Source of the DNA: Macrostomum lignano
Lineage: Eukaryota
NCBI GenBank assembly: GCA_002269645.1
Contig: NIVC01001481.1
Coordinates: forward strand, 124,001-188,000
Length of the DNA: 64,000 nucleotides
Direction of reading: 5' to 3'
Shown: one piece after another, positions 24,221 through 35,290 of the stretch
How the letters are laid out: every line of letters begins with the position of its first letter
Position numbering within the stretch: the first letter of the stretch is position 1
Translations under genes and position numbers: made by a program
The notes under the pieces: model-generated
Databases searched by the model: none
What the model was told of the DNA's origin: nothing
The model's input: the letters and a program-made list of their open reading frames with translations, nothing else

Positions 24221-26277
24221 TATATGATATTGTATTAAGTTTATGTTAGTCTATAGATTATATAGTTTATTAACTAAGCCAAAGAAATTGCAACAAAGTA
24301 AATATACTATAAATAAAATTATTGGCTTTATATTGCAAGGTAGACTAAATCTAAGGAAATCTAAAGAAAGTAGAAATCTTAGTAGAAGATAATGTTCTAG
24401 ATGTTTATCTATAAATATATATATTTAGCTACTTCTATTATCTATTAATGACTTATTTTTTTGTAGTAAGTATTAGTAAGTACTTGGAATTAATACAATA
24501 ATAGCTTATAAAACTTATTTGATCAATAATTTTTTTCTTTTTTAATAATTAATTATAAAACAAAAATCGAAAAATCAAAGGTCAAACTAAAGTCAAACTA
24601 ATCAAAGTTTTATAGCTAGCTAGCTGTTATAAATTTGTTTTACTTTGATACTTAGAAATCTAGAAATTAAATATTTATTAATATTTGGCTAGTTACTTAA
24701 CTTTGTCATAGCTATTAGCTAGCTATATAGTTAGTTATAGTTGCCCAGGTGTCTCAATTCCACTGTGTTCCCTGTTCGCCTAGGTGTCTCAATTCCCCTG
24801 TGTTCCCTGTTCACCCAAGTGTCCCAATTTTCCTGTGTTCATAGACAATCACAGTGTTCCCTGTTTGCCCACCTGTGGCTAGTTCTAGCCAACTATAAGT
24901 GTAGTAGGTATGTAGGTGAGGTGTAGATTGATAGATATATTAGATAGGTATGTAGGCTCCTAATACTAGGCCTAATATGCTAATTTGTGAGTATCAAAAT
25001 CAAGAAATAAACTATAGCATTCAAGAGTCAATCTCCTATGGCTATCTTCTAGTCAAGAAATATTCTATTTCTCTATTAACTTTTATAAATCTTCCTGATT
25101 ATTTCAGTTCAAATTGATATTAGATTTGATAAATATTCATTAGAATCAGCCTACAATTATATAATAACTAGATAGAACCTGTTTGCCTACATGATTATGG
25201 ACAATCCAATCTGGAAACATTTTAACTGAGTTCCTGTTAAAGAAGCTACAATCTGCCTCTCATGCAAGGCAGAATTAAAAACAAAAAGCTCTTTAACTAC
25301 TGGACTTTGGAGACATCTTCAGAACAAACACGTTGGTCTGTACAAGATGTTAAAAAATGAAGAAAAGGCTAAGGCAGCACGAGTACCTTTTTCTGTATCG
25401 ACTACAAGCAATCAGAATGCTAGTGCTGCAAGCAGCCATAATTCAAGTAGCAACAAGGACAATGATTCATCATACATGCAATCTTGTCCTCCTCCATTGA
25501 AGCAAGCAAAAATTGACTCATGCCATGGGATAAAAATAACCCATCAAGTTGTGCTATTGATAGGCTGATTGTCCAAATGATTGCAGTGGACAGTTAGCCT
25601 GTCTCTATTGTAGAGGATCTAGGCTTCCAATGCTTAGTTGCTGGTTTGGAGCCTTGATATGAACTGAAATCAAGAAATTATTACCAGAAGCTTATAGAAA
25701 AAGAGTACGAGTTGGCCAAGCAAACAGTCAAACAGCAGCTGCCTGATGATGTTGAGGTGGCAGTCACTTCTGACTGCTAGTCATCTGCTAATCAGGCCAT
25801 TGCTTTACTCAGTGTGACAAGGCACTTTGTCACTCCAGACTTGGAGCAAAAAAATTTAGTCTTAGCTGCTACACCAATTGAGTCTACTCACATTGGGGAG
25901 GCCCTCTCTAACATCCTCCTGAATGTTATTGAAGAGTTTCAGCTTAATAACCATGTGACCCTGCTCCTGCGTGATGGGGGCAGCAACATTCGAATGACAG
26001 CATCTCTTCTTCAAGTTCCGGATGCCTCTTGTGCCTGCCATGTTCTGCAGCTCTGTGTCAAAGAGCCCCTGAAGGAAGGAGTCTTGATGCAGACCATCAT
26101 AAAAAAGTCAAGGGCCTTGTAGGCCACTTTGACCAGTCACATCCAGCACAAAAGCAGCTACAGAATTTCCAGGGGGGCTTTAGGTCTGCCCAAAAACCGA
26201 CTGATTCAAAATGTGGAAACTCGGTAGAATTCTTCTCTGCATATGCTCCGTCGCTACAATGAACAACATGCTGCTGT

Positions 26278-27149
26278 GTGTGTGTCTTCGGCGAGAAAAC
26301 CATTCAGCTGAGCCACCGAGGGTGGGCCAGCTGAAGGAATTTTAAAACCTTGGGCTCGTCTTGAAGCGATCTTATTCCTTCCACTCCACACCGAATCCTG
26401 ATCTACTACACGTCATCCAGTGGTCTTTTGATTCTTCTTCGTCGCAAAAAGAGCAGTTTCTGGCTGGGTCCAGGCCCACCTTCTGCCTCCAGTAGCTGGT
26501 GTGCTTGCAGTGCCCACAACGCAGTTGAGCCATCAACACCTCTGTTTTACGGTTTACCGAGCATAGCACCCTCTTTTCACCAAACACGGCCTCCAATCTC
26601 TTGTTTTCACAGGACAAGCTGGCATCTCTCTTGAGGATCTGCCTCTTGATGCAACTCCAGTCCATGACCGTGTGATCCTGGCACATCCCTCCAGCTGCCT
26701 TTGCCTCCTGGTCAGCCTCTTCGTTTCCTTGGATACCGATATGACTCGGGATCCACTGTAGCCGGATCCCTGTCCTCTGGCTGGCACAGCGCAGCCTCCC
26801 GATGATGTTGTACATTCTGGCCGACAGGGGTGTCTTTTCGTCTCTGAGTTTAAGCAGCGCGGACTTGCTGTCCGTGCAGATAAGAGCACTGCGGGGCTTT
26901 TTTTCCTCGATAATATCCAGCGCTAAAACCACTGCCACTTCTTCCGCCACCAGTGAACTGCAGAACTTACCCACCACCACTCTACGGACTTCTTGGGCAT
27001 TATCCGTGAAGGCCACACACGCCGCTCCTCCATTTTTCTGCCCCTCGCCCACAGAACCATCAGTGAACAGCCACATTTCGAAGACACCGCAAGCCTCGAT
27101 GGTAGCTTCTGCTTCTTCCAAGAGGTTTTCATCCCCCTTCTTACCCCAG
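26278..27149 (-). mobile_element. 5'-truncated non-LTR retrotransposon (I-group/Ingi-like) 3' end encoding RNase H and a C-terminal zinc knuckle
   Basis: FTDGS, AEEVAV, TDSKSAL, WIPSHIGIQGNEEAD (RNase H), then QLRCGHC and C-x2-C-x8-H-x3-C. 14-bp TSD CAACATGCTGCTGT at 26264-26277 and 27150-27163. (CA)n tail at the 3' end. Confidence 0.93.
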
Positions 27150-27454
27150 CAACATGCTGCTGTTGCTGCTGTGCTTAGTGCTTCTTCTAGAACAACACTC
27201 CAGGCATTGACTGAGAATGAGCTTGATATCTCTGCTAGGCTAGTAACTCTACTTGAGCCACTTGATGAAGCCACTGAGCAGTTGAGTTGGGATGCTGAGT
27301 CAACATCTGTTCTGATTCCTATCATTTGAATGCTGCTACGTCAACTCTGCCAAAATCAGCAGTGTGCATCGGTCATTGATTAATGGAATCAAGAGCAGGT
27401 TCGAGTGCTTCCTGACAAATGAGTTCTATCAGGCTTTTACTGCCTTAGATGGCC

Positions 27455-27629
27455 ACACACATGCGCAACCTTGGGAATCACCCGGCCATTTCTATTGGCA
27501 ACACACACATGTAAGTCGCTATTGGCTGAGAGCAGTCACGTGACAAATATTCCATCCAATAGTGACTTACATGTGTGTGTGTGTTGCCAATAGAAACGGC
27601 CGGGTGAATCCCAAGGTTGCGCATAAGCA
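27455..27629. mobile_element. Palindromic MITE (about 65-bp arms starting ATGCGCAACC) inserted in the hAT transposase
   Basis: Arms about 27461-27525 and 27556-27624 are inverted copies. 9-bp duplication TAGATGGCC at 27446-27454 and 27630-27638. Removing the insert restores the hAT LDxxFK motif (ALDGPFK). Confidence 0.85.
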
Positions 27630-28739
27630 TAGATGGCCCCTTCAAATTGGCTTACTTTGATAGCTCTTAGCATGAAGCAATCAAGGACTACATTCTCCAA
27701 GAGCTTGGATCGTGTGCTCCACGTACCTTGTCTGTGGCTATAGCAGCAGGTTAGGTGGTAAAAAATTACAATGTTCATGTCCTTGGGCTTTACATGTATG
27801 TACCCCAATGCTCTTTACATTTCACAAACTATCTATTCCCTAACACAGGCAACGAGGAGTCGAACTACTATGCCAACAAAGAGCTCTTTAGAGCTCTTGG
27901 CTCTAAAGACGACAGCCATGAAACAATCAGTGCTGTTGCTGAATCTGAGGACCAAACTGCTAGAGCCGGCAAAACTAAATGTTTGTTGTTTTTGGAGGAG
28001 TTTCATGGCATCATTTAATCATCTCAGGCCCAAGGTCCTATGCCTGCTGGGAAAGCAGTGAAGGGTACTTCATAACTATTTTGCCAATCTAGAACTTCTG
28101 CCAATGAGTTCTGATCCTCTAGATCATTGGCGAAATAAATTGCGTTCAGACAACCTTCCATCAGACTTGAAGTCTCTCATTTGGCGCTATCTTGGTGCCC
28201 CACCAATGTTGGTGCCAAGTGAACTATTGTTTTCAAAGGCTAGCCAAATCTACGAACTAAGAAGATGAAATCTGAAGGGAGAAAATATCAAGCGCCTGCT
28301 GTTTTGGCCAGCAACATGCCGCAGCTGATTTGATGTAGTAACTCAACTGTTTTTTTGTGATTGACTATACTGAGAATAGTGACTAAATTTCACATTAATT
28401 CAAGATTGAGTCCTAGAAAGTTTAAGATTTTAGATTTGAAACTCTTAGATCGTTTTATATGTATGGTTGAGCTTATAGAAACATGGTTTTATTTGTTTGT
28501 TTTAGCCATTTAGCATTCTGCAGCTTGAGCACTTTTGATAGGAAATTTGAAACTATAACTTACGCAGGTACATTATTTAAAAAATTAAACTTTGATTCGA
28601 AATCATGCAGAAAAACAAAAGCATACTTATTTACTCATACTCAATCATTTGTGTATGTGCCATAAGCTGCCAAGCGGATACTCAGTGTTTATATCTATTA
28701 TATTATCTACTAAGCACTTATACAATGTGCAAGCATTTA

Positions 28740-29035
28740 CATACATGCGCAACCTCCAAAATTCGGTCGGCCGTGCGACTTAGTTTTAACAAAAATGCGA
28801 CGTAGTTTTTGGCCAAAAATGCGACTTACATGTAAAAAACCCAAAGCAAAATTAACGCAACTTTGGGTAAACGGCAGGAGTAACTATAACTGTCTTAGTA
28901 AGCCAAAATGCCTCGTCAGCTACTTAGTACTACTACTTAGGTGTTTTTTCGGGTGGGCATTTTTGCGACTTTCTTGGTTGGCCGTCAAATCGGTCGGCCG
29001 GATCGGCCGACTCGGCTGACTGTTGTGCATGTATG
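28740..29035. mobile_element. MITE with 14-bp TIR CATACATGCGCAAC and 9-bp TSD
   Basis: Left end catacatgcgcaac, right end gttgtgcatgtatg (one mismatch). TSD AAGCATTTA at 28731-28739 and 29036-29044. Confidence 0.85.
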
Positions 29036-31110
29036 AAGCATTTACATAAATGTTTTTATAACTATGCTTCACATGTTTACCATCAGGTTTGTTGTTTGCT
29101 CTCTTTCACCATCTTCGTGTAGTTTGTTACATGTTTTTATACATAATCAGTAGGTATAATTTTACCTTTTTATATTTTCCATGTGCTACATACTGTACTC
29201 ATGTACCTGTGCAATAACATGATCACTAGTTTAAACATTGTTAAAGCCAATTAAAGGCAATAATTATGTGCCTACATGACTGATGCCAAAGCAGGCACCT
29301 TGCATATACAGCAGCAGTTTTTACAACTTTAAATAAATAAAATATGCCTGCCATCAGAAAGAAAGAAATGATGAACCAGTAAGACAAAATGTTATAGCTA
29401 TATTTTCAATGTTTAAAAAATTGCTTTATGCATTAATATATTAATTAAAGGTTACTTACGAGTATAAAGTCAGGTTTGACTAATTTGTCAAAAGACCTGT
29501 ATAGATTGTTTTTGAGTCTGCTGTGATACACCTTGCTGCAGAACTGAAATGATAACTAAAAGAGTGCATATGCAATGCAAACTCATATATAACAATGTTT
29601 GTTAATTAAATAACTAAAACTGCTTGACATTGGCTAGATTTTACCATTTGAAAATTGCCCTATCAAGCGTGTTACAACAAACAGTTGTATTTATATGAAA
29701 ATTTGCTCTCTTTTTTTATATCTTATCACTTAAAAGTTTTTTAAAAAAGGTAGGCCTATCAGAAAAATTCTTAAATCTTGTCTTGAATTTCTTGACAAAA
29801 TTCAAGATTTCTCAAGATGAGAAAAAATTTCAAGATCTTGTCTTGAATCTTGTCTCATTGAGATCTTGTGACAGCTCTACTACTTATTTCATCTAATTAG
29901 TAAATAAATATCTATAGATAGGACATCATAAATAAGGCTATAATAAAAGCTAAAGCATGCAGATGCAACATATAATACCTACCTCCTTAAGACTTAAAGA
30001 TCTACAATTAATATAAATGACTACCAATAGAAAATGATGAAATAAACAGACCTAGTCTTATAATTATCTATTTCGACATTTAGAGCTATGACCTAAAAGT
30101 GAAGTATTTATTATTACTTTCTATAAAATTATGCAACTATTTCATTCATTTTACCAAAATTTTGACTGTTTGCATAGGGCCTACTCAAAATTTTCAACTC
30201 AAAACTCTCAACTCAAAATTGAGAAAAATTGAAAATTGTATTGGAAGTTACCAAAGTCCCATAGTCAGGATGATGTACATTATGCTGGAAATTTCCAGCA
30301 TACAATTGAAAATTTTACTTTTCTTGGCATACAATTGGCGTAAAAAAATGAGGCAAAATATATTTGGCATACCTTTTGGCATGACGCCGTGGCATAAATA
30401 GGCCAAGCAGCATATGCCAATTCCAACCTTCACGCCAAAGTTAATATTAACAATTGTTGGCATAATGCCATAACCTCAGAATCTTATTATAAAATCATAA
30501 AAACCGTAAAACTAGTAAGCAAAGATGAAAGTTCATAACTATTTGTGATTTATAAAAATTTAAAATTCCATGCAAACTAATCGTGTTGATTTTCTAAAAA
30601 AACTTAAACAAAAAATTGATTTTTGTTGGCATTATCTGTAAGCCAATTTACTTTAAAGAAGGAAAACCACACATTTGTTAAATTTTTATTGTTAAAAAAT
30701 GTGTAACACGCAAAAAAGGTCATTTATGGTCACAAAGCCTAGAAAACCTAGCATAAGTCCCTTGGACCTTGGCGTAGGTTTCAGTATGAAGTGGCGTAGA
30801 TTTTTTTAGGGGACTTTTTATTCCAGCGTATACCATGACATGATCTTGACTATGGCCAAAGTCCAATATCATCAAAAAAAGTATCAACTTCTGATACTTT
30901 AATACCCAAAAGGTATCATTGATAGTATTGGAGTATTGGAATATCACAATTGTGCCAACACTGGCTATATCTATGTGGCTAGATAATAATATATAATAAA
31001 AATTTTATAAACTTCCTAGTTAAATTAGGCCTATACAAAAAATTAACAGACAATACATTATATAGAGAATAAATAGCTATGAGAAGCAAAAAGCTAGAAG
31101 GTAGACTTAC

Positions 31111-31165
31111 CACTATCACCAATAATCAACAATTTAAAAAGAAAGTGGTAGTCTGGTGAGCTCAT
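31111..31165 (-). CDS. RAB35: Rab35-like gene, coding exon 1 (MSSPDYHFLFKLLIIGDS-G)
   Basis: ATG at 31165-31163; phase-1 donor G|gtaagt at 31110 matches the phase-1 acceptor at 15550. It supplies the missing N-terminus and the start of the G1 box. Confidence 0.88.
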
Positions 31166-31903
31166 CACTGAGATACAATAGCAATTTTTTTATTCTGAGT
31201 GAAACAGCTAAACTATACAAGTTGCAGAATACTAAATACTGTGAATAATAGACTTTATAATTTATAGTGCCTAGCCTTGAGCAAAACTTAATTTAACACA
31301 TTAGACTCAAAACGTTTTATAGTAAATATACTATTATACAAAAGTCTGAATGGATTATGTAATGTTAATGTAAACCTTTTGCTGACAGGTGCGTCACAGC
31401 CAAAGCAATCAGAAACAAAAATGTATGTAAGCTATAATAAGTAGATAGATGAGGCTATGTTTATCGATGGTGAATGTTAGCTAAGTTGCGTTACGTTGCC
31501 CTGCACTGCACATTAAACGGTATTAAACCGATCAGGGGCCGTACACATTGGCTCGTGTTATACGATAGCAAATTTAAATTTTTACAGATAGATCATTGAT
31601 TATAACATTACAGGTGAGCTAAATACTAAAGTTTTTATGCACCTAATGCTGTTTATAGATAAAAAATAAAAACTTTTGCAAAATTCGCAGTGAATATTTT
31701 TTATCGGAGCTTACAGCACAGTCCCTGATCATTACTCCTTTGTTTGTTGCAATTAAAGGTACATGTACATGTTTTATATGTACATGTAAGGTTTAGCGAC
31801 AAAAACGAAAGATTTTTGGGGTTATATTCATCATTTTCATTCTTAAATAAATAATTCTGGCAGTGTATTCCCGTTTCTTTCGACTTATTTTCTGCTGTTT
31901 TTA

Positions 31904-32158
31904 ACAGTTTCGATTTGCAAGCATTTGTGATCAGATGTTTATAATTTCCCTGATATCTGTATGCACAGTGTACGAGCTAAATGTATATATTTATAGCTTC
32001 CATAGTTCTTTATTCCTCCTTCCACAGTTTCGAAACTTCCACAGTTTCGATTTGCAAGCATTTGTGATCAGATGTTTATAATTTCCCTGATATCTGTATG
32101 CACAGTGTACGAGCTAAATGTATATATTTATAGCTTCCATAGTTCTTTATTCCTCCTT
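31904..32158 (+). repeat. Exact 118-bp tandem duplication (31904-32021 and 32041-32158) with a 19-bp linker
   Basis: The two copies read identical by eye; the linker ccacagtttcgaaacttcc re-uses the unit start. Confidence 0.9.
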
Positions 32159-34489
32159 AATTGGTAAAAATTGCGTAGCTTATTTATATTTGCATGTGTT
32201 ATGCACAGTAATTTGCATGTACGCGAACACGATTCCATCCGGTCAATTCGTCAGACAAGCCTGAGTATGTCTATACTCAGATCTAGAGGAAAAGCTCAAT
32301 ACAACAAAGGTACACCTCACGTGACAGAAGGGAGGGTGGCAGAACGTACGCCTTTGGCCGCGCTCCTCAAAAAGTCAGCCCCCCGTTGCAGGTCAGAAAA
32401 ACGGGGCTCGCGCATTGCCCAGAAGCAGCTCGGGGCCGGTAGCGCTTTGGGTATAATCATGCTAAAACAGCTCTCCGCGATTAAACAGCTTCGCTGAACA
32501 TGAGGGACATGAGGGAGATCCCCCGACGCTCTTTCTTTCCGTGTAGTGCCTGGGCTTCGTCGGGATTGCGACAATGTGCGTTGTCATCCACTCAAAGGGA
32601 ACAGCCCCTTCTAGCATTAAGGACGTAGTTTATACCACTCAATCCCCCTCAGTGGCGACTCTCTGTATTCACACAGCGCTTCGACGGGTACCTCGTCCGG
32701 GCCGGTGGCGCAGCCAGCACAATGCGAGCAAACCGTACTACGTTGGTGCTGCCACTACGTTTTGGTTTTGGTGGCCAAAAATACATTGGCCAAAATCGTC
32801 TTGCGACGGAAGTACCGTCTCCCGGTCTCCAGTGGCAGTGGCAGATTTTATGGCAGTGTCGATACCGGCGAAGAAGTCACGCAGCTAATTTCTGGTGGGT
32901 TTTGCCGGCCAGATTCAGCGCCGTCTTCTTTATTTTTCGTCCAGTGCGAGCATTAATAGCGGGCCGGACAAGCTAATTCCTGTGGTCCATTCCTGCGAAG
33001 TTGACGCACCTGATATCATTGACGGCAACCTAGCTATTGGCGCTTCGCGTAGGTCTCTGCCAGGGATTTCTCGGCCTCGGAAGTCGGCTGTCTGATCCGT
33101 TGCAGCCAATGTCCGCCTCGCCTCCTTCACTTCCTTGTCAGAAGCCCAGACTGGGAGATTGCGCGCTGCCGGCTGCATTAAAGGCAACGTCTTGCATTAG
33201 CAGCGGCTATCGATCGGGTGGGTACGGGTGGGTCGCAGAACTACATGTATACAGGGCATACTACTCCTGAGGTGAAAGTGACTTGCGAGTAGTGTTCAGA
33301 GTACATGTATATAGCTTGTGTTTCCATGGACGCGCATCAATAAAGACGTGTGTCCTTGGTGACCATAAAAGATTTAAGTTTAAAACCAAGAGTGTTTTCT
33401 GCACGGTTTATGCTCTCAAGTTTCTACACTTGCATGTACACCATACCATCATCGGTTGCTATCGGGTTAGTTATACCTCAAATGCTTGATTATCATGCCA
33501 GCAGTCAGCATCGTATGTTGGATGCAAATCATTTTGTGCGAACAGCAAAGCTATATAAGACTAAACGTGTTGATATAAGGTTTGTTTCGAGCAAAAACAA
33601 CCAACTTTGGTTGGCAATTGCTTCATGGTTGACAGAACAAGGTTGCAAGGGTATGAGAGTGAAACATGAAACATCAGTGTAACTTGATGCAACGCTGGTG
33701 CCGTGAATTTTGATAGTTATAATTTTCTGCTAGCTTAGCCTGGCCTGACACTCGTCAACGAACAGTGCAATTGCTTGCCTACGTTTCTGTATATTGAAGC
33801 AACTTTTTTGCTTCTGGGGCTAACCACCCGAAAATACATGACATGTAGAAGGGAATGTTGTCGGCGCACATGTTACTCTTGTCCGAAGCGAATTAAGATT
33901 TCAAAGAGGATTCCGAAGAGTCTCAAGTAAGCCTGGACAAAATGTATGAGATTTCAAGCACTTCACAGCTACATCGATGACTTTGGTAGCTCTTATACCT
34001 ATTTGAAGTCAACGACCGAACTCGAAGTGTCTCGCTTCCTTATTTGACTAAGAAAAGAGCTGAGTGTTTAAAAAACCGAAATCTATTGAACCCGAAATAG
34101 CTCGAGTGTCCTTGTAACACCTTTCTTAGTTGGTTCCTATAGCTACCTATTGAAGCTTTGCTGTGCCACTTTGGCTTGATGAAATACAGAGACATCGACG
34201 AGGGCTTTTGTGTTGGAATTTTTCAGCCCAGTCGAATTGCTTCGCATGGATGTTCTCTTAACATTTCGCTTCCTCGTTGCTTCGACTTGCTGCCGTCAAA
34301 AATTTCCTAAATTAATTTTTTTCTAGAAAAAGAAGCTGAAACTCTATTTTTGGAAAATGAAAATGAAATCGTACTTTTGGATGCACAATAATGTTAAAAT
34401 ATGCACTCAGGACACCAAGGAGAGACTGACAGACAATCGGTTCCCAGAAAATATGAGTATGAATGTATGTATATGAATACGTGATTAGA

Positions 34490-34665
34490 AGTGTGCGACT
34501 GAAGACATTGAAGTATGACAGAAGACATTGAAGTGTGACAGAAGACATAAGTGTGTGACTGAAGAGACTGAAGTATGACAGAAGAAGTATGACAGAAAAC
34601 ATAAGTGTGTGACTGAAGAGACTGAAGTATAACAGAAGACATTGAAGTGCGGGACTGAAGACAGG
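34490..34665 (+). repeat. Degenerate short tandem repeat (gaagacattgaagtatgaca-like, about 18-20-bp period)
   Basis: Repeated gaaga(c/g)a(t/c)tgaagt(a/g)tgac motif. Confidence 0.7.
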
Positions 34666-35054
34666 AAAACATTGGATATGCAGAAGCACACTTCACTGGA
34701 AGACAGCAAAATAACCGACTCTGATTTAAAAATTCCACGAGTTACAAAAAATGTATTTAAAGATTCAAAGCTGGCATCATATGTGAGCTAGTGAATTTAT
34801 AACCATGTAGTACTAATAGGGTTCCATAAAGAATTCTGCGGCCCTACAAAACTGCAGTAGATGTGACGAGCAATAAAAGAATGAGAAAAATCTCCTGCTA
34901 TAGGAAAAATCCTTAGCCACAGGATAAGCCTGCTAATCAGCATCAGCGTGATAGCACAGCATACCGTATCCCGTACAGCAATCTGGCGTTGGTGACAGAT
35001 ATGTACTTTTACATTGCACCGACGTTCAGCCGACGTATGACATACGACGTATGA

Positions 35055-35290
35055 TTCAACGCTTCCACGCAGTTTTTCTTCGAGTTTTCTCCTATTCGTT
35101 ATGCATCCTGCGGGTCTCAAGATCTCCCTGACTGTCCCGGCCAGAGATTCCACCGCCGCGATATGAGAAGATCTATGAGAGCGATCAAAGCATCCTTTCA
35201 CCCGCCCCCTCCGCAGAGCAGACATGACCGGATGGATTTGGAATCCGAGTAATTGGTAGGCAATTGGTATGACTTCATCATCCCTCGATG
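35055..35290 (+). repeat. Diverged direct repeat, copy 1 (partner at about 37615-37835)
   Basis: Shared blocks ttcttcgagttt, ctcctattcgtt, tgcatcctgcgggtctcaa, gatctccctgactgtccc, cgccgcgatatg, ccggatggatttggaatccgag, aattggtagg. Confidence 0.85.

Larger units (their letters stand above)
25197..28330 (+). pseudogene. Decayed hAT (ZBED-like) transposase
   Basis: BED finger (IWKHF..C..C..LWRHLQNKH), D.xP.SIVED, TSDC*SS, CACHVLQL, TR*NS, ALDGPFK and the C-terminal dimerisation region (DPLDHW..VPSELLFSKA..RR..L). It has multiple stops and is interrupted by a LINE and a MITE. Confidence 0.9.
23873..29879 (+). mobile_element. hAT DNA transposon (6007 bp including later insertions), inserted in the outer element
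   Basis: TIR TAGAGCTGTCA ... TGACAGCTCTA; perfect 8-bp TSD CTACTTAT (23865-23872 and 29880-29887); gagacgag/tctcgtc-type subterminal repeats; internal transposase relic. Confidence 0.95.
22758..30963. mobile_element. Outer non-autonomous hAT-like element (about 2.2 kb once the inner insertion is removed)
   Basis: Termini CAGTGTTAGGCA and TGCCAACACTG (inverted, 1-nt indel). Flanking 8-mers gctatatg / gctatatc match at 7 of 8. Dense caatac/gtattg and gatac/gtatc subterminal arrays at 22780-22910 and 30860-30945. Confidence 0.68.

Noticed and set aside
26372-27325. 317-aa ORF as a genuine RNase H gene
   Set aside because: Its first ~59 codons are antisense hAT sequence outside the TSD; the rest is a truncated LINE.
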